A DNA stretch of 50,156 nucleotides, counting the filler, from Streblomastix strix (taxonomy: Eukaryota), in assembly GCA_008636045.1 (NCBI GenBank). It is 2 parts of 2 records of this genome, joined end to end, with 100 filler letters (N's around TTAATTAATTAA, not from the genome) between each part and the next. Parts side by side here need not be neighbours in the genome. Positions count along the whole stretch, not along the records: positions 25,141 to 50,156 come from SNRW01000214.1; 1 more part is not named here. One strand, given 5' to 3'. The notes under the pieces were generated by a model. It searched no databases. It was not told the origin of the DNA and saw only the letters and a list, made by a program, of their open reading frames with translations. A program made the translations under genes and the position numbers. Shown here in pieces: positions 40,454 through 50,156 of the stretch; position 1 is the first letter of the stretch, and each line of letters opens with the position of its first letter.

Positions 40454-41226
40454 TCAAATTACTCGTACAATAGTTCCATCATTATTATATTATACCAATA
40501 ATGCTTCTCATTTGCCTAATTACACATATTCATTCCATAATGTTTTTTTATCTAACGGTAATGATGATTAATAAAAGAATAAATTGAATTTCTATCTATT
40601 GAATCCATCGAAAAAATATACTGTATCAATGTTTGATTTAATGCTAGCATCTAATTCAATAATATCTTGCAAGCATAAGAAATAAGTGATTCTTGGTTAT
40701 CTATTTTTGAATAATTTTTATATAATGGATTGTTCTTATTTTTGAATATACTCATTGCATGATCGAACAACACTATTGTATGTGGAAACTTTTTAGAAAA
40801 ATCCTTTGCTCCAATATGAGATAATATTTCCTTCTTCGATTCTTCCTTCATTTAATCCTATAATTTATATTCATTTACATTATCATACGCTTTCTTACAT
40901 TCGATCAGTTCATCTAATGCTTCATTCACTTCTGCATATGGTACTATTTTAGTTGGAGTAGTTATTAAATCTTTCATTTTCTTATATGTGATATCATTAT
41001 TGCTGTCAGTTACGTATTTGAATAGTGTTTAATAATGATTAGGTAATTAACTCAATTTGATTAGTTCCTTGAATACTTTATATGATTTGCCACTATTTGG
41101 TTATATTATGAGTAAATTGATAGAATTGTATGAGAAATTGAGCTTTTTATGAATAATAGATTACACTTCATATTTATTAGTTTTCTATTTATTATGTAGT
41201 TGATCCACGTAACTAGTTAAAGACAT
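40454..41226 (-). pseudogene. Packaging ATPase, copy B (degenerate)
   Basis: Homologous to 35494-36294 along its length. Walker A eroded to LLIIQPNSGKS; FPHTIVLFDH; NRQPRITYFLCLQ. Frameshifts and an internal TGA. Confidence 0.85.
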
Positions 41227-41277
41227 TTGTTTGTTATTAATTATTTCAATCGCTTATGAACGTTTTGCTATTATCAA

Positions 41278-44200
41278 ATGAGCGCAGAAGAGTTAAATAA
41301 TGAAATTAGAGATATTCGGTAAATTGCAAGTGATAATGATTATTTTTTTTAATGAGTTACGTAATGCAGAAGAACTAGGTTACAATTAACATAAGCACAG
41401 ATGTCGTAAAAGTGAATAATACTAATCAGATATATTGAACGAAACAGCAGAATCATTTCGAAGAATTTAAGAAAAATATCGGAATTTGGCTGATTAAATT
41501 GAATAAGGAAATATTGCGTAAGCACCATAAACAATTAGATCAATAATTGAATAATCAGTTTAGGAACATATATAAAAGTAACTACAAGAGTAACCAATAC
41601 ATTAATAAAGAAAATAGGCAATAGAATAAATACGATAACCAACTTTTACCCAAAACCAAAACATGGCTGAAGCATAACAGTAACTCTCTAGGTTCGCGTA
41701 ATATTTGTTGAAAAAATAAACTCCATTGTCCGAAAAATAACAAAACAAGAAAAATGCTAGACTATAGAAACTTGCAGATGGTCGTATTAAACATACTACA
41801 GGACTAAATGCAAAATAACTATATGCATTAATTGGTATATTACATGTTAAACAAAACCTATATAAAGATATGAAATATAATTAAGAATTAAGAACTATTC
41901 CATCAGGTGAAGCATACATTTCTGGTAAAATAGGGTATGCAAGGATATACTATGCGGATGGTTGATTCTGAAGGAGAAGGTCCACCACCTCATTATGAAC
42001 TTAAATAAAATTATCTAGTTAATGATTCAGACAAACAGTTCAATATCCTATTCATTAACGATGGATTCAATGCTCACATAATGTATATATCTGAAGTAGA
42101 AGCACTAACTGGATTCCGTTATTGCAATATATGTCATAAATAAACATTCCGAATAGGAGATATAAATCTATAATAATCAATGAGAAATCACATGAAAAAA
42201 TGTCAAAAGAATGTTGGAAAAATAGTGAAGAAAGTTATCTTAGAAAAATTTGCAAAACCGTTTGTTCCTCATATTTTATCCAACATGACTTATAAGTATC
42301 TATTAGCGAATAATTTTACTCATTTGTTCAAACCTACAAGATATTACATAACATATGATATTGAAACATTAGAGAAGAAAGTTAATGAAAAATTTGGTGA
42401 TAGTTCATAAGTTACTGCTACGTTAATTCCATATGCTATTGAATCAACTGTCAAATTAGCTTGCGGTATCCATTCATTTTATTACGATATTCGAACAGAA
42501 GATTTCTTAGATAAATGGTTAGAGTAAGTATTTGAAGAAACAAAATAAGTTAAGAAAGATAATAAATATATAGATGAAACAATTACATAATACTATGAGG
42601 TACTTGTAATTGGGTTCAATTCAGCAAAAATTGATGCCTCTATTCTATTCAAGAATTTGAAATCAAAAGATTGAACTATCTCGAAGTATTTAGGTTAAAA
42701 CACAACTGCAAAATAGATAATTGTCAAGCATTAGTCTTCAAGCATTCAATTGAGATTCGTTGATTTTAAAATTTATACCACACATATTAGATTGAAAGAT
42801 TGTGTAAGAGACTTAGGGAATGGGTCATATAAGAAAGGCAAGTTTCCACATGAGTTTGTTAATGTTAATAGTTACATGGAAGAATTGAACAAAAGTGAAC
42901 CATTTCCCAGAGAAGCATTCGATAATAAACTACGAAATAAGTAGCTAAGTGAAGATAAGTACAAAGAATATCTAGTCGAATCATCCAAGTACAAAACACG
43001 ATGGGATTACTTGAAGCATTATAACATACTCGATACTAGAATTCTAATCGAACCAATAGATTACTTGATTAAGTTAATGTTCAAATATAAAGTGGACATG
43101 TTAGCCAATATATCAATGTCGTAATGCTCTAATGCAATCAAATATTCTATGGTATATAACGATTTCGATATCAAAGGTGATTATAATTTAGAATGCTCTG
43201 ATAAATCAATTGAAATTACATAATGCTACTGGAGTGCTAAAGTGGATAGCTATAATGAGTAAGATAATAAAAAGAATAGAGATTCAAGCAATAATGTAAT
43301 GAATAATGATTATGATTATTTTAAAGAATTATTCAAGAATTAACGATGTCACATGTGTAATACGAGATTTACATGGAAAAATAGGCCAACATTAGATAGA
43401 ATAAATAATAAGTTATGTTATTCAAGAAATAACGTACTTTCATGTTGTTTGTATTGCAATACATGTAAAGCCAATCGAGATGTAAATTAGATGAGATTAA
43501 TGATACATCTAAGGAAATATGCACTATTTAAGCAGTTACCGATGACATTGATTAGTGATGACATCTATAAGATACTTAGAAGGGGTATCGCTGGAGGATT
43601 ATCAACAGTTATGCATCGATATAATGTTGCAGGATAAACAAAAATAAACCACTTCGAATTTGATAAGGAGAATAGATGGGTTTATTCAATAGATTCCGAT
43701 AATGTGATGACACATGTACTTTAGTTAGGTTTTGATAGCTAATATCCAAATGTAATGAGTTCAGAATCTCATCCATTTATTCCATATACTAATCATAAAT
43801 TATATATGTGCGGATAATCAATTGAAAGGATAATAGATTAGATTAGATGTAAATAGTTAATATATGATGCTAATAGATAATCTGAAGATGCGTTAGTAGT
43901 TGATAAAATGTTATTATTTGTAGCCGAAGTTCGTGGTCACATTGGCGAGAATTACATTAATTATTATATTGATTTTGGACCAATATTAAGAAATATTGAT
44001 ATAACAATTAATAAGGAGACAATCGGATAATTTATGTATAATCACTTAGTAGGTCCTTAACTTCCACATGATAATGTGGAGCGTAAATTGACAAATTTAG
44101 TTGATACTAACAATGAGTTAATGTCATTCAACAACTACTACTTATGGCTATTGATAGATCAATTTCATTTCATTATTGATGAGATAGTTAGTGTTACTAC

Positions 44201-45068
44201 ATTTACAGAACACGATAATTTCAACTCATTTGTGAAGGAATTTATGAATATGAGATAGTAAGCGAAAGATGCTAAAAATGAAGGATTAGGATAGTTCTGT
44301 AAGTTAATATTGAATTATGCATTTGGAGGTGATGCATTGAATAGTGAGAAATATTCTAATACAAGATTACTCTCTGCAAATAATACATTCATATAGCATA
44401 TGATGAGTGAGTTCATACATTCGACCGAATTAAACGATGATTTATATGCTGTTTAAGTTGATAAGGAAAATAGTCGTTGCAATACATGTTTACATGTTGC
44501 TTATTTCGTACTTGATTCTGCGAAATTTTGGTACGTTAATTTCATATATAATTTTATGAACAAGGCGTATGACATGAGTAGGATGCACTTTGTACAAGGA
44601 GATACTGATTCGTTAACTTGAGCAATTGGTGGTAATCCAAATAGAGGTCCTGAACAGTTATTTGAAGAAGTCATCAAAGACTAGGGGTTCATTGACAGAT
44701 ACAAAGATTGTGTGTTTTCGGAGAAAGAAAAGAAACAAATACTTCATATTGGTGTGGAAAAATATGGTTATAACTGTATAGCTCTATCACCTAAAAATTA
44801 TATTATTAATAATGAGATTGTTTTGAAGGGAGTTATTCTTGATTAAAATCCATAGATTAATTAGTAAACATTAAATGATAATATTAACAAAGGTAGTGTC
44901 ACAACAGCTATTAATACAACATTATGCTAACGTAAAGGTGTAATGAGCAGGATTAAGATGTAGAAAAATGCAATAACTGGAAGCCACACAAAATTAATTG
45001 TTCTTCCGAATCAATCATGTTTATCATTCATATTTGATGTTAATGCGGATTAATATTTTATTAAATGA
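41278..45068 (+). pseudogene. Protein-primed family B DNA polymerase (pPolB), copy B
   Basis: Zn motif YCNIC...HMKKC, Exo I YITYDIET, Exo II VIGFNSAKID, KGKFPHEF, Exo III YNILDT, motif A LGFDSQYPNVM, motif B KLILNYAFG, motif C QGDTDS, CIALSPKNY, LKGV. One long frame with internal TGA at 42672 and 44619; N-terminus broken; stop at 45066-45068. Confidence 0.92.
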
Positions 45069-45602
45069 TTTATTATATAATATATTTATTTTTAATCGTA
45101 CGATGCTATTTATTTTTACAAAATTTGAATGAATTGATTGTGTAAGTGAATGTATGTATTTAACTAAAAATTAACTGTAACTTAACAAAATATGTACTAT
45201 AAATGAAAATCATTAATAAATGAAATTGTTTTAGAGAAATAATTGCAAATCAGTAAGTTAAAAAATAAAAATAAATGTTCCAAAAGCGTTAGACCTGCAA
45301 ATGATTCATAATATAGATGTTTAAAATATGATTAATTTTAGTTTATGGTACAAGATAAATTAGTAAAATATTAACCTCCAATCAGAGCTCTAGCTAGCAT
45401 TTGTTGTTATTCTGCATTTTTCTGGCTTAAATTCTGAATAATGTGAAAAAAAATATTAAATTTCATTATTTCGGTTCATTATTTGAGCTAATATCAAAAA
45501 AATAATTATTTAAATTAGGGCACTTAAAAATTTGTCAAAAATGAAAAATAAAATTTTTTTTTCTTACAGATTTTTGCATTTTAGGTCTTTTTCCAATTTT
45601 CG

Positions 45603-45682
45603 AAAAAACCCCACTTATCGGGTTTCGATCCCGCAACCTCCAGTTAATTGACCACCAATCCATCTCACTGCGCTAAATACGC
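45603..45682 (-). ncRNA. tRNA-like / tRNA-derived Pol III unit (degenerate cloverleaf) with T6 terminator
   Basis: Minus strand reads GCGTATT-TAGCGCAGTGAG (A-box-like)...GAGGTT-GCGGG-ATCGAAA-CCCG (B box/T arm with the initiator-tRNA-like GGATCGAAACC), then TTTTTT. Acceptor and D stems pair poorly; no assignable anticodon. Confidence 0.5.
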
Positions 45683-46163
45683 TAAAACTACTAAATTTAA
45701 CTTAAATATTTATATATCACAATTAACAACTATTATATTGTGAAATTATCACCTGCGCGCTAAAAAAACAGGAACAAAATGGTTTTTTTTTTGCAAAAAT
45801 GAAAAATACATGTAAAATATAAATTTATGTAATAATGTATTAATTTACAGTGTATATATTATGATTTTGATGTGAAAAGTGAAGTACGATAGTGAATGGC
45901 TGCAAATCTCGATTTTTTTAAAAAATGTTCGCAACTGGCGCCCGTGGTGCACTAAAAAATTTAAAAATTGGTGAAATGGTGTATTTTAGTAAAATATCAA
46001 GGAAATTAACAAACTAAACCAGTAATTAAGCAATTTTACCACTGAAAATAGAAATTATGGGGTTTTTCGTGATTTCGGCGTACACCGTCTTTTTTGCAAC
46101 TTAACATAAATAAATCGTTTATATAAATGAAATAGTGGATGTATTATTTTTGTTCAATTCAAA

Positions 46164-46505
46164 ATGTGTGAAAACGAGAAATACAAAGAAATAATTGAAA
46201 AATTTAGCTAATGTATAGCTTCAATGAATGAAAATAGAGCGTTATGTTAATTATCAATGCATTTATAAGGGATAATAGAAGGATTGAATCGATGTTAAGA
46301 TAAATTTGAAGTAACTTCGAACTTGATAGATCATAATACATCAATGAAAAAGGTATTGAAATAAAAATTGAAGAAAGAAATATTTAATCTTAATGTTGAA
46401 AATAGATAATAAAATTGATTGCAAAATGTGTTAGAGGAATATGATGATGCTCGAAACAATTATAAAGATGAATTGAAAGAGATCGTTGAGAAGATTGATG
46501 AATGA
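46164..46505 (+). pseudogene. Small helical hypothetical protein (one internal TGA)
   Basis: MCENEKYKEIIEKFSQCIASM...ELKEIVEKIDE*. In-frame TGA near 46416. Confidence 0.45.
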
Positions 46506-46533
46506 CAGCTAATGGTTTGTTTATTTTTGGCTA

Positions 46534-46692
46534 ATGAAAATGCCATTCGAATCATTATTTGAACCATTAACCGTTAATATAACTATAGCAATTGAAGCGC
46601 TAGAATCATTGATCATTGACTGGAAATCTATCTGGAAAGCTATTTGGGAAGCAGCAATTAAATATGCATGCAACAGTAAGATCTGCCATTGA
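46534..46692 (+). CDS. 52-aa ORF with Trp-rich amphipathic helix
   Basis: MKMPFESLFEPLTVNITIAIEALESLIIDWKSIWKAIWEAAIKYACNSKICH*. Fills the gap between neighbouring genes with 25-28 bp spacers. Confidence 0.45.
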   Translation: MKMPFESLFEPLTVNITIAIEALESLIIDWKSIWKAIWEAAIKYACNSKICH

Positions 46693-46717
46693 TCATAGAA
46701 TTATTTTTGAATAGAAA

Positions 46718-48047
46718 ATGAATAGACTTATTTAAGTTTATTAAGATTAAATTTACTAAGTATTGTTAATGAGATTCGCGTAAACTGATGAGAACATTGC
46801 ATATGAAGCTTAGAATATGGAACGATAACTCACTCGATTAGCCAATTCTAATAACTATATTAAAATATTTGCAGAATTTGTTTCAAATATGCGAATTACT
46901 CTAAATAAAGTTGAATAAAATATATTAATTGATCATGCAGATGACATAAATTGGTGGAAAGACATTATTGGAATAGTATGTAATATATCAAACTTAAGCA
47001 TAAAAGTATAATGAACCTTTAAAATGAGCTAAATCTATCGGAAGATAAGACACAAATAGAGCTCATGTTACTGAATAAATTAAGAGAATAGGCTAACCAC
47101 CATCACCACTATCATAATTTCCTTTTAAATCTAAGATCAAACAATATGAAAAGATTAACTAGGTAAAGATAACTAATCCAACATAAATCAAAGATATTAA
47201 AGTAAAACCATTATCTAAGCTCTAACGTCCATACTTCTCTCCAAAACTAGGATCATGGGAAATTGATCTTGTATTCGGTATCAATCCAGTAACTCAAAGA
47301 AGATAGCATTATCTATTTGCGATTAGCATTAATACAAAATATTTAGTTGTAATTCCATTAATTATAGATGAAATGAATGCGAGATATATACTAGACGCAT
47401 TAACGAAACTCATTAAATAGGTATATGTTAACAACATAAGAGGTGATGGTGGAAGTGGATTTAAATCAAATATTATTAGGAAATTTTGCAATGATAACAG
47501 GATTACATTTTACTTTACTGGTTCTCAGTTTACGTAGCACAATAGAGTAGTCAATAGTGTAATACATACAATCAGAAATTGTTTTGGATAGGATTTATTA
47601 GGATTTGCATCACCAAGTTAGATGAAATTAATGGTAGAGATTTACAATAAAACACCACACCTCGCATTCATAAATATATTTTCTCCTATGTAAGTGTAGT
47701 ATAATAGAGATTTAGAAGGTTAATTCATTAGATAAATATAACAATATTTGGAATAGGTAATGATAAGATAAAAATAAGAGAATATATTTGATTTCAAGAG
47801 TGGAAATATTTTGATGGTTCACGCTGATTTCTCTAGATTACCTAGTAAATTTTAGAAGTAAATACGTTAATTCAATGAATTATCTACATTCATTAATTAT
47901 AAGAATGGTAATGTAGTATGCAGATTATTGAATCCAATCGATAAGCTTAATGTTATTGAGTTACCTATTTATTATTGCAAATTCATTAGTTAAGATATTA
48001 ATTCATTACCATTAAACTATAAAAGTTAATTTAATATTAGTGTTTGA
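46718..48047 (+). pseudogene. Polinton-type rve integrase, copy B (catalytic core open; N-terminal frameshifts)
   Basis: RPYFSPKLGSWEIDLVF (D1)...YLFAISINTKYL...NIRGDGGSGF (D2)...HNRVVNSVIHTIRN...YNKTPHLA. Frameshifts near 46980 and 47100; stop 48045-48047. Confidence 0.85.
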
Positions 48048-48066
48048 ATATTTTTGTTAAAAGCAA

Positions 48067-48504
48067 ATGCAAACGAAAAACGAAGAAAAACAAATCCGTA
48101 AAAGATAATCAAAGAAACAAGTTCCATAATTAATTGAAGCATAATCCAGTAATATTGATGAATTTGTTCATACTCCGTTAATAGATCATACTCCTGTTAG
48201 TAATGATCCATCATTAATTCAAACATAAGTTGAGAAATAAGAATAATAACGAGTAGAACTAAGAGATAGACCTAAAAAATGTACTTCACAGGAACATGCA
48301 GAACGTATTGCAGCGGAACAACGTTAACGTGCCCAATAACGCTATAGAATACAACGCTAAAACTTCCGTGCTTAAACAAATGATTTACAATTACTCTTGA
48401 TACGACGTCTTCAGAAAATTGTTATAAATAACATGTAAGACCTACTTCAAATCTATGATATAATTGAACGTAATAACACAATGTTTGCTATTGAATTTGA
48501 TTGA
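48067..48504 (+). CDS. Small basic protein (145 aa) with degenerate AT-hook-like RDRPKK motif
   Basis: Intact under TAR=Gln: ...RDRPKKCTSQEHAERIAAEQRQRAQQRYR... Confidence 0.55.
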
Positions 48505-48545
48505 TTTTGATTGATTTAGAATGTTTATTTTTGTATTAATTCTAG

Positions 48546-48605
48546 GGTTAATGAGTTGGTTAATGAATTGGTTAATGAATACGTTAATGTGTGGGTTAAT
48601 GTGCG
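48546..48605. repeat. 5 x 12-bp tandem repeat (GGTTAATGNNTN)
   Basis: GGTTAATGAGTT GGTTAATGAATT GGTTAATGAATA CGTTAATGTGTG GGTTAATGTGCG. Confidence 0.8.
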
Positions 48606-49514
48606 TCAAGTGCATTGAGTTGAAAAATGTATTACACTTCGAATATGCTGGAGCTATAGAAATTCACATTAAATTCTCTAAGTGCATCGAATGCATTGAG
48701 TGCATTGAGTCAGTGTACGGCTATCTAATTTGGAGGACAGTTTAACTGTTGGACAGTTAATTTAATATTGGATATCACCGTTTATTATCCCACTGCGCTA
48801 GCACATACATCTAGCTTACAATCTAACTGTCTCGAACTGTCCTGCTAAATCAATTTGAAATACATCGACCCAATGTACTTATTTATTTTAACTCATTTCT
48901 CCACAACTCCTTAATTTGACACTCGAAAAGCACCCTTCCATAATGAAAACATTTATCTTTGCATGGAACTCAACAATATCGATCAAATCATTCAAAACAT
49001 TTACCATTGAATCATTTACAAAAATAAATATCAATCATGTGCGTTCACATTTATCATTGGATTTACCCTGATCCTTCTTCAAATAATATCTTGCTTTATC
49101 CGATGGGTTACCATTCCTTGTTAAGTATCTTACATCTAATTTATTAAACATTAACGTATAAAATTCATTAAAATCCATATATCTTGGTTAAAGATTATAT
49201 GTTTATAATAATGACCTTCCTTTCATGAATTCATCTTCATTGCTTTTAATAATTGAATCTAGAAATTTATTGCTATACTCTAGATACTATGATCTTTAAT
49301 CACGTGGTTCATATGGATTATCATATTTTATCTTGCATTGTTTCATTTCTTTAATGCTAAATATTAAATATTTAATTGAAAACTGTCAAGTTGTCTTACT
49401 GGCCGACATCTTTTGGGTTGACCCTCTGATTCGATGCACTCAATGCACCTGATGCACTTATCTATTTTGACTCATTCCTGCATGATTATAAGGCAAAAAT
49501 AAATCGTATCAATT

Positions 49515-50156
49515 TCATTCATATTCTATTCCATCTTTTGCTTAATTATTTAATTATTCTTCTTTAGCATCTTCTTTAAAATCTTCATCTAGAATACTTT
49601 CATAAATTGATATCATTTCTTCTTTCATTTTATATATAAATTTACGTTCTCTATCAACTTATTTCTATGTTCTTTCACATATACTTTTGATCGCTAACTA
49701 ATAACTCTTTAACTTCATATCTTATGGTTTCCATCCTTCAACATTACTACATGTAACACCATCTCTAAATGATTTGAAATGACTGATAATTACTTCATCA
49801 ACTGGTGATATTGATGCTCTTATTATATCTTTCTTCGCTTATGTCATTGGTATATCTCTTGGATTAAACTAACTGATATCTCTAGTCAAAAAGAAAGTGA
49901 ATAAATTATTGTAAAATCAGCATCGAAGCTATTGCACAAGTTAGTGAAATACTTTAAATCTCCACGATGAACTGGATTACATTCGCATACAACATAGTAT
50001 CTATCACTATTCTCAATCTTCAATGGATTGATATTATTTGTATCAATCATTTCATTCACTACATTTTATACTTCATGTTTAGGAACCTATTTCTCATTAA
50101 TCACAAATGAATCTTCAGTAATTATTGATTTCAATGCATCCATATTTGACATTCTT
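49515..50156 (-). pseudogene. SF3/D5-like helicase C-terminal part (5' end outside window; frameshift near 49912)
   Basis: MDALKSIITEDSFVINEKQVPKHEVQNVVN...TNNINPLKIENSDRYYVV...HRGDLKYF...FTFFLTRDISQFNPRDIPMT matches the post-Walker-B, motif C and DRR pattern of viral D5-like helicases. Stop 49515-49517. Confidence 0.75.

Larger units (their letters stand above)
36800..50156. mobile_element. Polinton/Maverick-like endogenous virus, element B (runs off window; boundaries approximate)
   Basis: Densely packed intron-less genes: putative MCP, penton-like ORF, KilA-N, hypothetical, ATPase, pPolB, small ORFs, integrase, SF3 helicase. Confidence 0.88.

Noticed and set aside
27850..45068. Elements A and B as one recent inverted duplication or assembly foldback
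   Set aside because: Paralogous proteins differ extensively and intervening gene content differs.
45070..46150. Terminal inverted repeats of the elements (also sought at 29160-29470 and 36300-36800)
   Set aside because: Only short (12-19 bp) direct or inverted matches found by eye; no convincing long TIR pair or TSD.
48620..49480. Minus-strand coding-like stretch downstream of the helicase
   Set aside because: Several TGAs, ambiguous frame and no recognisable motif; could not support a product or boundaries.

Overview
AT-rich eukaryotic (protist) genomic DNA read with a non-standard nuclear code: TAA/TAG = Gln, TGA = the only stop (translation table 6 type). The supplied standard-code ORF track is therefore mostly fragments and antisense shadows. 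The code is shown directly by conserved Gln residues of ribosomal protein uS8/RPS15A. The code, the short GT-AG introns and the Maverick-type viral genes are most reminiscent of an oxymonad such as Streblomastix; this is an inference, and ciliates or diplomonads are not excluded. Left half (1-25020), host genes: a long low-complexity ORF, RPS15A, a multi-exon coiled-coil/RING protein, a hypothetical protein, an N-lobe-less pseudokinase, a mosaic of broken pieces (TFIIB pseudogene, ubiquitin-like fragment, 269-bp copy of the pseudokinase), and two more low-complexity genes. A scaffold gap with an artificial linker lies at 25021-25140. Right half (about 27850-50156): two diverged, intron-less, partly decayed Polinton/Maverick-like endogenous viruses in mirror-image orientation. 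Element A has integrase, pPolB, a hypothetical gene and a packaging ATPase. Element B has a putative major capsid, a small penton-like ORF, KilA-N, ATPase, pPolB, integrase and an SF3/D5-like helicase. Both use the host's reassigned code, and both pPolBs carry an inserted HNH/Zn domain. Element B also contains a tRNA-like Pol III unit and a short Trp-rich amphipathic ORF. All calls come from manual translation and motif recognition; no database searches were run.
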